Source of the DNA: Eledone cirrhosa
Lineage: Eukaryota
DNA: 64,000 nt
Assembly: GCA_964016885.1 (NCBI GenBank)
Contig: OZ024740.1
Span: 399,156,001-399,220,000 of the forward strand
Direction: 5' to 3'
Below the pieces are notes generated by a model. It did no database searches. It was given only the letters and a program-made list of their open reading frames with translations, and was not told the origin of the DNA. Position numbers and translations under genes: made by a program. Of the stretch, positions 37,450-49,978 are shown piece after piece. Within the stretch, counting starts at the first letter, position 1. Each line of letters begins with the position of its first letter.

Positions 37450-40400
37450 TCAGCATCATCATCATCATCATCATCTTCGTTTAACATCCATTTTCCACGC
37501 TAGCATGGGTTAGACGGGAGTTGTCCCACTTGAGGCAAGGCTGGTCGGGTGACCGTGTCTCACTCATATAGGACTATCTGGCAGGTTTTCTACGGCTGGA
37601 TGCCCTTCCTAACACCAACCACATTTACAGTGTGGAACTGGGAACTTTTTACCGTGTTACCTACACGGCCACATTACAGCGTGGACTGTGTGTTTTTTTT
37701 TGTCGTGACACCTACACAAACTCGATCTCATTTTCTCGTGCTGTTGGTGGGAGTGGGAGGATAGGGTAGGGGTAGTAGATTGGGGTGTATATTTGGTTAA
37801 GAAGTGCCTACTGACTGTAGGTTTTGCTTTGTACATAGGCAAGGCGGGTCTTCTGTATTCCTGCGTAGCGCCAAAGATCTCGGTCCAGTGACATTGTCTT
37901 AGAGAGGTGTAAGTGTGTGAGGTCGGAATTTATCAGATCATCCCAGGTTTTTCTGGGTCTACCTACTCCGTAACTACCATCAATTTTGATCGCCCTGCAC
38001 TTTTTTATGCAGCTGTCGTCTTTCATGCGCATCACGTGACCATACCAACGTAGTCTTCTCTCGAGTAAACAGCATCTGATCCCTCTTATTCCTAATTTCT
38101 CACTTAGTTCATTTATGCTTTGCCGTTCACGTATATTACTATTACACATTCAATGGAACATGCATGCTTCGTTCCTTTCCAGTCTACGCAGGTCCTCTGC
38201 ACGTAATGCCCATGTTTCACTGCCATGTAGCATTGCTGTTCGTATACAGGCATCATACAATCTGCCTTTCATTATTAGAGAGAAACCTTTTGTGGCCAAC
38301 AGCGGTATAAGCTCTCTGAACTTTTTCCATCCCGTTCTGACTCTGGCTACTCTACTTTCAGAACACCCTCCACCACTGCTGATTTCGTCACCCAGGTAAC
38401 GGAAAGTGTCTACTATTTCTATGGAAGGAGCTAGTATCCTTTGGACACTTGCTACCTATTGCACCTGAGCATTGGCCACATATAAAGTCTACGTTCTTAG
38501 ATAGTTTACCTGTGATGCCACTACATCTTTTATGTACCATACTTTGCATTTGGGACATAAAATGGAATTTCTGCCTACTCCTTTCCTACACACTGAGCAT
38601 GGCCATTTCCCTGAGGGCACCTGTGCCTTATTTTCCTTTCTACATACTAGAACTTTAGTCTTAGACAAGTTAACTTTAAGGCCTTTTGATTCTAGGCCAT
38701 GCTTCCATGTTTGGAATCTCTTCTCTAGTTCAGCCATTGATTCAGCTATGAGCGTTAGATCATCTGCGTATAGGAGTTCCCATGGGCAGCCGGACTTGAA
38801 CGCCTCTGTTATAGCTTGAAGGGCAATAATAAATAAGAGGGGGCTAAGGACAGAGCCTTGATGAACGCCAACTTTTACACTAAATTCTTCACAATATTCA
38901 TTGTTAATTCTAACCTTACTGACTGTTTCATTATACATAGCTTGTGTAGCTCTCATAAGCCATTCATCTACACCTAGTTTTCTAAGAGCCCACCAGATAA
39001 TGGAGCGGGGGACTCTGTCAAAAGCTTTCTCCAGGTCTACAAAAGCTAAGTAGAGGGGTTTACTTTTAGGTACTTCTCTTGTAGTTGTTGTACAAGGAAA
39101 AGAGCGTCTGTAGTACTTTTACCTGACACAAACCCAAACTGCATTTCATCTAGATCAATTCACTCTCTGATTTGTTGCGCTATAACTCTTTCTGTGACCT
39201 TCATGACCTGGTCAACTAACTTAATGCCTCTATAGTTTCCCCTATCTAGAGCATCTCCTTTACCCTTGTAGCAGTTAATGATGATGCTGCTACGCCAGTC
39301 TTTCGGTATGACCCCATTCTGTATTACTTGGTTAACTATACGAGTGACCATAGTGTGTCCCACCATACCAGATGCCTTCAACATCTCAGCAACTATCTCC
39401 GAAGGCCCAGCTGCCTTGCCTGTCTTCATATCTTTGATTGCCATACTTATTATACTACCTTTAACTTGCACAGCTGTTATTGCACCCATTTATTCTCCTC
39501 ATTTAATAGTCTCTCGTAGTGACACTTCCAGGCTATCTTCTTATCAGTATCAGTGAGCGCAAGTACACCATTATCATTACGGACACACTTCTCCCTGACA
39601 ATATCACGGTTTTCCTTGACACATTGTCTAGCAATCCTGAACACCTCACATTTTCGGTCCTCACGTTGCAGAATATGCTTGAACTTTCTATCCTCTGCTA
39701 ACCTTTTTGCAAGGTACACTTGTCTCTTAGCTTCTTTCCTGGCCACTTGATAGTGCTCTCTACTTCCCCCATCCTGCCATACTTTCCAAGCCTGCTTTTT
39801 GGCCTTGATTGTCTTTTCCACCTTACTGTTCCACCACCAAGTCACTCTCCTCCTGCCAATAGGTCTGCTCCAGCCACAGATTTCATCCATTGCTTTTAGC
39901 AGGTTCACTTTCAAGAATTGCCACTGTTCCTCTATATTGCACGTCTCTAATTTCTTTTCCTTATTGTCAAAGGCATCAAGTAATAAGCTTTTAAATTTGT
40001 CACTGGCTATGGGGTCCTTCAACTTCCATATTCTTCTCCTCAAGGTAGGCCTCCTCTGTCTATAGGTGATCAAGTGGTTTTCACGTTTTTTGAAGTTTGT
40101 GTTACAGATAGTTAGGCTATTTGCGTCACAGAATTCCATGGATTCCATCATAGCCATCACTATGTTGTCCAACGTGACCGTTTAGATCGCCAGCAATAAT
40201 TAAGTAGTCACTGTCGGTTATTTGGGAGGTAGTGTGCATTAACATCTCATAGAACCTGTCCTTTATAACATCAGGTAGACCAGATTGGGGTGCATAAGCA
40301 GATATTATTGTCACAGTAGTTCTATTTAGAACTAGTCTTAATTCAATTATTCTGTCATTCACTCTATTTACGTCAATTACCTTATCTACCCATTTTTCAG

Positions 40401-41376
40401 CTAACATAATTCCTACACCACCCTATCCGTTGTGATTTCCCACCTAGAAAAGTTTATAGCATCGTTTTTTACCTACAATGAATCTGGCAGACCCCCCTCT
40501 CCACCTAGTCTCTTGAATACAACAAACACCAACTTCTTTACGTTCAAGCATCTCTACAATCTCATTTGAGCAACCTTTCAATGTGCCTACGTTCATGGTA
40601 CCAACTCTGAAGTTGGGAGGATGGGTTGGAGGGGCAGGGAGGGGTGTGGGAGATGGGATTTTGTTGGTCATCTGTGTCTGAAATAAAGAGGGGTCCTTGT
40701 ATTATCGTCTTGCAGCAGGAGGTGAATTTATCTTTATCTGTGACATTGTCATTGAGTGCTTAGACTTTTCAAATTTTCGCAGTCAACCCATCAAACAGGT
40801 CTAAACTTAAGGAGTAGTAACCGGGGTGGTAGCTTTGCTATACTGATTTGTTAGAGAACTTACTAAAGCCGCTGAGTTATGATTGGACCATATAGCAATG
40901 GTGGTGAGTGGGGGTGGGTGGGCGGTAAATGGGTGACTTTAGGAGAAGTTTAGTTTTTGGGAAAGATCCAACAGATTTAGACATTAAAAAGACATAATAA
41001 TTTAAAATCAGAGAGGAAAAACGGAGAATTTGAATTTTAGAGTGGTAAATAAGATTATGAAAACACTGCTTAATTGAGGAGACTACGGAAACAAGGAAAG
41101 AAAGACAGGTTTTGCTTACATTCTCAAAATCGACAGTTCGCCCTTAAGATAGATTAGATAGATAAATTCTGTCGTTGGAAGTCAGCAAGATTTATTTTAT
41201 ACTTGCAATCAGGCGGGGGGAGGGAGGGGGTGGGGTGAGAGAGGGAGCAAAGTGTTTACAAAGTTTGCGAGCGAGATGCAGGAAGGTTCTAGAATAATTA
41301 TGGGTGACTTTAGGAGAAGTTTAGTTTTTAGGAAAGATCCAACAGATTTAGACATTAAAAAGACATAATAATTTAA
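37450..41376 (-). mobile_element. Near-full-length decayed RTE LINE (APE endonuclease + RT)
   Basis: APE motifs VGTMNVGTL, CCIQETRW, ISAYAPQ and GDLNGHVG (40126-40671); RT fragments at 38489-39489; putative 5' UTR ~40700-41376; (GAT)n tail at ~37455. Confidence 0.92.
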
Positions 41377-41382
41377 GATATT

Positions 41383-43794
41383 TCATCATCATCATCATCA
41401 TTTTACGTCCGCTTTTCCCTGCTTGCAAGGGTGGGACGGGTCTTATTCAGCACAGCATCTCTCCACTCGTCACGGTCCCTCGTCATCTCCACCGTGAGCT
41501 TCAATGATCTGAGGTCTGTTCTCACCACCTCCGCCCATGTTTTTCGTGGTCTACCTCTACCACGTCTTCCTTCAACTGGCATTTCCTGGCACTTCTTCAC
41601 CCATCGGTCATCCTCCATGCGCATCACATGTCCATACCACCTCAGTCTCCTCTCCCGTACACTACATTCTATCCCTCTCAGACAGTCTCTCTCTCAACAC
41701 ATTTATGCTGGGTCGTTCACGCACATTTACACTGCACATGCAACGGAGCATCCTTGCCTCATTTCTCTCCAGCCGTCGCATATCCTCTGCAGTTGCTGCC
41801 CATGTCTCACTACCATGCAGCATCGCGCTCCTCACACAGGCATCACACAACCGGCCTTTCGTATGCAGGGAGAAACCCTTCTTCGTCAACAGAGGAAGCA
41901 GCTCCCTAAACTTCTTCCAACCCGTCCTTATTCTAGATACTATGGCCTCGGAACACCCTCCTCCCATGCAAATCTGATCTCCTAGGTACCGGAAGCTATC
42001 CACCACTTCTATAGCGCCCTCTTGCATTTGAAAAATGTGTCTATCAGTGCGACTTCTACTGTCTAATTTCCCTGTACATCTACTGCATACATATTTCTCC
42101 CTACCTGTTAGTTTGCCTGCTATCCCGCTACATCTCTTGTGTACCCAGGATCTGCATTGTGTGCATTTTATAGAATTTATGCTAGTTCCTTTTCTGCATA
42201 TTGAACATGGCCATTTCCCTGACGGAATCAGGGTTTTGTCCTCTTTTCTACTCATCAACACTTTTGTCTTAGCTAGATTCACTCTCAGTCCTCTTGCTTC
42301 CAACTGCTGTTTCCATAGCCAGAATTTATTCTCTATCTCCTCTACTGATTCTGCTATAAGAACCAGATCGTCAGCATAGAGAAGTTCCCATGGACAGCCA
42401 GTCTTAACCTCCTCTGTTATGGCTTGGAGGACTATAATGAACAAGAGCGGGCTGAGGACCGAACCCTGATGTACTCCTACTTGTATCTGGAATTCCTCAC
42501 TAAACTCCATTCCTACCCTGACTTTACTGAGAGTACCTCTGTACAAAGTTTGCACTGTCCTCACAAGCCATTCCTCAACACCTAGCTTCCTTAGGGACCA
42601 CCAGATGACAGATCGGGGTACCCTATCAAAGGCCTTCTCTAGGTCAACAAAGGCTAAGTATAGTGGCTTATTCTTCTCTAAGAACCTCTCTTGCATTTGT
42701 CTCACCAAGAAGAGGGCATCTGTTGTACTCTTCCCAGGCACAAAACCAAACTGCATCTCATCTAGTTTGACCCTTTCTCTAATTAGTTGTGCTAAAATCC
42801 TTTCTGCCACTTTCATAACCTGATCTATCAGTTTTATACCCCTATAATTGCTCCTCTCCAAAGCATCCCCTTTATCTTTGTAGCAATTTATGAGAATACT
42901 GCTGCACCAGTCTTTGGGTATGACACCACCATATATAGCCTGATTGATGATGCGTGCAACCAGTTTAGTGCCTACGTCCCTTGATGCCTTCAGCATCTCA
43001 GCAAGTATTCCCGATGGTCCGGCCGCCTTACCATTTTTCATTTCCCTAATCGCCTCTTGGACCCTATATTCGTCAATCTCAATAGCTGGTCCCTCTGTCG
43101 GATCTACCAAGGGTAATTTCTCTCTCTCCCATTCGTTCTCCACATTCATCAGTCTCTCATAATGACACTTCCAGGCCTCCTTTTTCTGATCATTTGTGAC
43201 ACTAAGTACACCGGCATCATCCCGGACACATTTATCTCCAACAACATCCTGATTTGCATTGGCACACTGCCTTGCAATGTGGAACACCGCACGCCTCTGA
43301 TCATCCCGTCGCAGAACATTGGCAAACCTCCTACTCTCTGCCTCACTGCGTGCTAAGTACACCTGACATCTAGCTTCTCTCTTAGTGGCTGTATATTCTT
43401 CCCTACTCCCACCCTTTTTCCAAGCCTTCCATGCTAGTCTTTTGTCTCTAATAGCCTTATTTACTGTGCTGTTCCACCACCAGGTCACTCTCTGTCTGGT
43501 TGGAGCTCTGCTCCAGCCACAGGTTTCATCAGTAGCCTGCAGCAAGTTGTCACGTAAGAACTTCCAGTTATTATCTATGTCATACGTCTCTAAATCGTCT
43601 TCTTTTTCGTCATATACATCTTGAAGGGCTTTCCTAAATTTGTATTTTAGTGAAAGGTCTTTTAGCTTCCAGACCTTTCTTCTCCACACCTTCCTATATG
43701 TCTCATTCCATCTCTTGCTTACTGAGATATCACTAACAACTAACCTATGCTGTGGGGTACATTCTTCCCCAGGGTATGCCTTGGTATTAGACAC
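41383..43794 (-). mobile_element. RTE LINE, distinct subfamily with essentially no 3' UTR
   Basis: 710-aa ORF 41662-43794 plus a frameshifted C-terminus (41403-41627) whose stop codon runs directly into the (ATG)n tail. Confidence 0.95.
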
Positions 43795-43820
43795 TATATA
43801 TTAGACACTATATATTAGAC

Positions 43821-43903
<83 letters not shown>

Positions 43904-43942
43904 CATATATATATATATGTATACATATATATATATATATAT
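43795..43942. repeat. (TA)n/TACA microsatellite
   Basis: Seen directly; further long tracts at 44285-44523, 44690-44766, 44828-45093 and 46470-46715. Confidence 0.95.
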
Positions 43943-44284
43943 ATCATCATCATCATCATCATCATTTTACGTCCGCTTTTCCCTGCTTGCAAGGGTGGGA
44001 CGGGAACTGATTCTGGCTTGATTTCTACAGCTGGATGCCCTTCCTCACACCAACCTCATTTACAGTGAGTGCTGGGTGCTTTTTTGCCGTGGCACCTCCA
44101 CGACCACTTTGCAGTGGAATGATATAGACCCCAGTCCCTGTCATCTCATTTCTACAACTGAGTAAACTGGAGCAATGTGAAATAAAGTGTCTTGCTCAAG
44201 GAAACAACACATCACCCGGTCTGTGAATTGAACTCACAACCTTTCGATTGCAAGGCCAACGCTCTAACCACTAAGCCATGTGCC
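43943..44284 (-). mobile_element. Full-length tRNA-derived SINE with RTE tail
   Basis: The - strand begins ggcacaTGGCTTAGTGG (A box) ... GAGTTCAATTC (B box). The 3' ~40 nt are identical to the LINE end at 41383-41440. Confidence 0.9.
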
Positions 44285-44483
44285 TATATATATGTATACA
44301 TATATATATGTAGGCACATGTATACATATACATATATATATATATATAGGCACATGTATACATATATATATATATAGGCACATGTATACATATATATATA
44401 GGCACATGTATACATATATAGACACATGTATACATATATATATATGTATACATATATATATATGTATACATATATATATATGT

Positions 44484-44527
<44 letters not shown>

Positions 44528-44719
44528 AAATGGGGAGAAGGATACTGCATGGTTGCACATGGATAACATGTTATAAAATGAGTCCCTCATCAGTGATTTA
44601 CCAACGGTCATAGGTATTTCATTGCATTAAAAATCATATACCTCACGTTGGCGCAATAATAACTAAAATAAGTTATTAGGACAATTAAAATATATATATA
44701 TATATATGTATATATATAC

Positions 44720-44754
<35 letters not shown>

Positions 44755-44858
44755 CATATATATATAATCAAGGTTTAGCAAATAAGATAAAGTTCCAAAA
44801 TAAATTTTAAAAAATTAACTTTACTTACTATACATATATATATATATACTTACTATAC

Positions 44859-44932
<74 letters not shown>

Positions 44933-44946
44933 GTATATATATATAC

Positions 44947-45010
<64 letters not shown>

Positions 45011-45024
45011 GTATATATATATAC

Positions 45025-45094
<70 letters not shown>

Positions 45095-45196
45095 AGTAAT
45101 AATAATAAAATTGAAGACTAAAATCCAAAGAGGGCTCGATAAGGATAAATATATATTAAATATATAAGAACCGTAGAGCAAATATTTATTAAAATA

Positions 45197-45272
45197 ACAG
45201 ATTAAAGTTTAAGCAAAGAATCGCTGCTTTCACCCTTAACGGGATCTTCTGAAACTAACAAAGTCAATCTGT
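45197..45272 (-). ncRNA. HHR-B hammerhead variant, inverted copy
   Basis: Reverse complement of 7090-7165. Confidence 0.65.
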
Positions 45273-46381
45273 AAACGCAGAACTGGATATTTCAAAAAAC
45301 GTTGCAACCGGAGGAAGACAGGAAGACGATACTTTGGTTCGTGGAAACGTTCCCTGGCAAAGAACGGGAAAAAACGAATAATACGTCATTAATAATACGT
45401 CGGCTTGTAAACATAAATTGCACAAAACTTTCCTGTATTACAGCCCCACGTTATACCCTAACGGATAGTACGATCTATACGTGGATATTTTACGTCTTGA
45501 TGTGGGAGCTAATTATATGTTTTGTTTATTCCTTTACTTATTTGCATAGGTAAGTATATATTACCTGTATGTTTTGTGAAGGTTGTATACCTTCTCGTAC
45601 GTATATTTGATTGTTATGGCGTATAATTTTTATATATTCTGGTATTTAGGGTTTGGCTATGTGTATACGGGAGTTTTGCGTCTGCGTGAGTATGCAGGTT
45701 CGTACGTATGGTGGGTGTGTGTATATGTGTACTTCTTGTTTTAGTTGACTTACGTCTCCGAACATTCGTGTATTTATATGTAGGTATGTGTGTGCGCTTG
45801 TTATATACGTATTTATTTACTTATATACGTTTATATAATTATTTATTTATTTGTACACAAGCATACACACACACACACATATTTATATGCGTGGTTGTAT
45901 ACCTATGGTAAGGTTTTGCGTATGCTTGTGTATGTACGTATTTGTTTGCGTGTATGTATTTATTTATTTCTATTACTTCTGTATTGTATTTATTTACTTT
46001 GTTCTTAACTCTGTAGCGGAGATTCATTTGGTCTCCTAGTTAGAATTTTAGTCTATGACTTCTGCTATACCATTTACGTGGTTTTGTCTTTGCGTGCTAT
46101 TGTTCTCCACGCTCAACATATGACTTATTATCTTCGTTTTTTCGTTCATTGCTAGAGAACGTCTCTATGCACCACCTAAGAGAACATTAGTCTACGACCT
46201 CTTTTATACCTAAACGTGGTTCTGTCTTTGCGCGTAATTGTTTTTCACCGCTCCTTTTAATGACGTGACGTATTATTCGTTTTTTCCCGTTCTTTGCCAG
46301 CGAACGTTTCCACGAACCAAAGTATCGTCTTCCTGTCTTCCTCCGGTTGCAACGTTTTTTGAAATATCCAGTTCTGCGTTT

Positions 46382-46457
46382 ACAGATTGACTTTATTAGT
46401 TTCAGAAGATCCCGTTAAGGGTGAAAGCAGCGATTCTTTGCTTAAACTTTAATCTGT
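46382..46457 (+). ncRNA. HHR-B hammerhead variant, sense to FPGS
   Basis: CAGAAGA at 46403-46409 and GAAA at 46423-46426; the only difference from the 7090 copy is in the stem I bulge. Confidence 0.65.
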
Positions 46458-46494
46458 TATTTTAATAAATATATATATGTATATATATATATTA

Positions 46495-46530
<36 letters not shown>

Positions 46531-46561
46531 ACATATATATATATGTATATGTATACATGTG

Positions 46562-46599
<38 letters not shown>

Positions 46600-46716
46600 T
46601 ATATATATATATGTATACATGTACCTATATATATATATGTATACATGTGCCTATATATATATATATATATATATGTATACATGTGCATATATATATATGT
46701 ATATGTATATATGTGC

Positions 46717-48070
46717 CTATAACAGAGGAGTTCAAGACCGGTTGCCCATGGGAACTCCTATACGCAGATGACCTAACACTCATAGCTGAATCAATGGCCG
46801 AGCTAGAGAAGAAATTCCAAACATGGAAGCACGGCCTAGAATCAAAAGGCCTTAAAATTAACCTGGCTAAGACTAAAGTTCTAGTTTGTAAGAAAGAAAA
46901 TAAGGCGGCGGTCCCTTCCGGGAAGTGGCCATGCTCAGTGTGTAGGAAAGGCGTAGGTAGAAACTCCATTTTGTGTCCCAAATGCAAAGTATGGGTGCAT
47001 AAAAGATGTAGTGGGATCACAGGTAAGCTAACTAAGAACATAGATTTTACATGTGGCCAGTGCTCTGGTGCAATAAGTAGCAGCAAGTGCCCACAGAATA
47101 CTAGCTCAATAGTGGACAGCTTCCGTTACCTGGGTGACAAAATCAGCAGTGGGGGAGGGTGCTCTGAAAGTACAGTAACTAGAGTCAGAAGTGGATGGAA
47201 AATGTTCAGAGAGCTTATACCACTATTAGCCGCTAAAGGGTTCTCCCTAAAAATGAAAGGCAGGTTGTACGATGCCTGCATACGAACAGCAATGTTGCAT
47301 GGCAGTGAGACCTGGGCATTGTGTGCAGAGGATATACGCAGACTAGAGAGAAACGAAGCTTGCATGCTCCGCTGGATGTGTAATAGTAATATACGTGAAC
47401 GGCAAAGCATAAACGAACTAAGGAAAAAATTAGAAATAAGAGGGATCAGATGTTGTTTACTCGAGAGAAGGCTACGTTGGTATGGTCACGTGATGCGCAT
47501 GAAGGACGATAGCTGTATAACAAAGTGCAGGGCAATAAAGATAGACGGTAGCCACGGAATAGGCAGACCCAGAAAAACCTGGGACGAGCTGATAAACTCC
47601 GACCTCACACACTTACACCTCTCCAAGACAATGTCACTGGACCGAGACCTTTGGCGGTACTCAGTAACAGAGAAGACCCGCCTTACCTAAATACAAAGTA
47701 AAACCTACTACAGTCAGTAGGCATCTCTAACAAAATAACCCCCCCCCCCCATCCACACCGCCCCTTTCAATGTAAAGTTATGTTGGTGCCACAACATCCA
47801 GGCTGAAACAAATGAGATCGTGTAGGTGTCACGTCAAAAAAACACACAGTTCACGCTGTAATGTGGCCGTGTAGGCAACACGGTAAAAACCTCTCAGCCC
47901 CACACTGTAAATGTGGTTGGTGTTAGGAAGGGCATCCAGCTGTAGAAAACCCGCCAGATAGTCCTATGCGAGCAAGATAATCACTCTTGACTCAAGTGGG
48001 AAACCCCCGTCCAAACCCATGCAAGCGTGGAACACGGACGTTAAACGTTGATGATGATGATGATGATGAT
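46717..48070 (+). mobile_element. RTE LINE 3' portion
   Basis: [18 protein letters not shown]...RLRWYGHV, open to 47690, then 3' UTR and (GAT)n tail. Confidence 0.94.
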
Positions 48071-48102
48071 ATATATACATATATCATTTAATCATCTTAC
48101 AG

Positions 48103-48180
48103 TCTCTAGTCCCAGCTATTACTTTACCTCAACAAGAAAAGGCAATGAATGTTCTCATTGAAAGAGCACAAGAGATAAAT
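48103..48180 (+). CDS. FPGS: FPGS exon (SLVPAITLPQQEKAMNVLIERAQEIN)
   Basis: cag|TCT...AAT|gtaagt, 78 nt, phase 0/0; matches VPAFTV.Q...L..RAQ. Confidence 0.92.
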
Positions 48181-49845
48181 GTAAGTAAGAATTCTTTTTT
48201 CAGGTTTTTATTTTATGTTTCAAGGTTTAAAAATACTTCTCTCTTCCAGAAAAATTATTTTTTCTTGAAAAAAGAAAACAGGCAATGATTTGATGAACAG
48301 TGCTGTACTTCTTTTACTGTTTTTAGTCATTGGACTTGGGGCATCCCCATCAAAGGCCTTTAGATCATTATATTGATCCCAGTACTTTGTAAAGGTGCAT
48401 TGCCTAGTGGTTGAGTATTGAGCTCATGATTGTAAGGTTAGGAACTTGATTCCCGAGCTGCTTGGAGCATTTTGTCCATGAGCAAGACACTTTATTTCAT
48501 GTTGCTCTAATCCATTCAGCAAGAAACATAAGTACCAGCAGAGGCAGCTGAGGTTTAAGCTGTTACTGACTCTACTCTCAGTTGCTTAACAAAGCCAAGG
48601 TAAGATTTAGTCTGCTGAGCTTCTGTGTTGTGACAGATGAAACTTTGTTACTTACTTTATCGATCTTGTTAGATATGAAATGAAAAGTCCAGGTCAAAAT
48701 GAGGCTGTGGCAGGGAATACTCAGTATCATGTGGTGGAACTGAATCTGGAACTTATTTCCATGTTGTTATATACAATGAGGGATGAGAATATTGCATATA
48801 GCCTTTAGCATAAATTTAATTATTCTTATTTCTGTGCACACATGCACATACAAATACAAGCACCAGCAAATGTGGGAAACTCAGTGTGGTTGCTTGGCTC
48901 GCAAAAAATATCAGAGAATCTCCCCTCAAAACATCTTTCTATCTAAGATAGGAAGGACATAGTGTATTCCTGGATCTACAAAAAGTTGATATAGTCATGG
49001 CTGGAACGTTTTGATCATAGCTCTGCATATACATATGCATTCACTTACAAATGCACTCATATACATACACATGTGCATCCAGCCCACACTGTAAAGTGGT
49101 CATGTAGGCGACATGGCAAAAAGTACCCAGCACACATTGGCGTTAGGAAGGGCATCCAGCCATAGAAAACCAGCCAGAAACAGTTCTATATGAGCAAGAC
49201 ACAATCACCAGACCCAACTTGCCTCTAATGGCACAAACCCGTCTAACCCATGCTAGCATGGAAAATAGACATTAAACAATGATGATGATGATGATGATGA
49301 TGATGATACCCACATGTATTTTCATAAACATATGTATACACGAATTCTCTTATATACATAGACATAGTCCCACCCTTGCAAGCAGGGAAAAGCGGGCGTA
49401 AAATGATGATGATGATGATGATGATGCATATACATACACATACATATGCACTCATATACATAGACGTATGTATAAATATAGATAGGCATTCATATACATA
49501 TATGTCCCACCCTTGCAAGCAGGGAAAAGCGGACGTAAAATGATGATGATGATGATATATTTGCATACATATAGACCTGTATATACATATATATACACAC
49601 ATACATACATATACACCTGTATATACATATATATATATATACACACGAGCACTCTATACATTGGCATATGCATATATACATATGTGCATACATACATACT
49701 TGCACTCATGTACACTCATGTTCACACATGTACACACACACTCACAGACACACACACTCACAGACACACACACTTACACACATGTAAATATGTATTTGAA
49801 ACTAGATGAAATCTATGAATCTATGTTATGCTGTTATTGTTCTAG

Positions 49846-49978
49846 AATCCACTGTACACTGTCTCAGGAAAGATTCCAGGTTTAAACAAAGATACTACAA
49901 GTTATGAAACAATTCAGCTTTTGAACATATCATTAGCAATGCAGTTGGCTCGAGTGTGGTTAAGTGACCATCATAGAG
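49846..49978 (+). CDS. FPGS: FPGS exon (NPLYTVSGKIPG...IQLLNISLAMQLARVWLSDHHR)
   Basis: tag|AAT...AGA G|gtaaaa, phase 0/1; Q..N..LA.QLA..WL motif. Confidence 0.9.

Larger units (their letters stand above)
45093..46475 (+). mobile_element. Penelope-like element remnant (family B), second copy with inverted pLTR
   Basis: 45399-46475 aligns with 6123-7180. 45093-45393 is an inverted copy of the element's 3' end. Flanked by (TA)n. Confidence 0.82.

Noticed and set aside
44210-44284. tRNA gene
   Set aside because: A and B boxes are present but there is no complete cloverleaf, and it continues into a SINE body and tail.
44560-44625. CTGATGA and GAAA on the - strand of a unique island between TA tracts
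   Set aside because: No UH cleavage site or consistent stems I and II could be built.
43801-46771. Many Y/I/M/C-rich ORFs
   Set aside because: These are translations of (TA)n/TACA microsatellites.
46611-47690. 359-aa ORF as an intact gene
   Set aside because: The N-terminus is microsatellite read-through fused to a 5'-truncated RTE.
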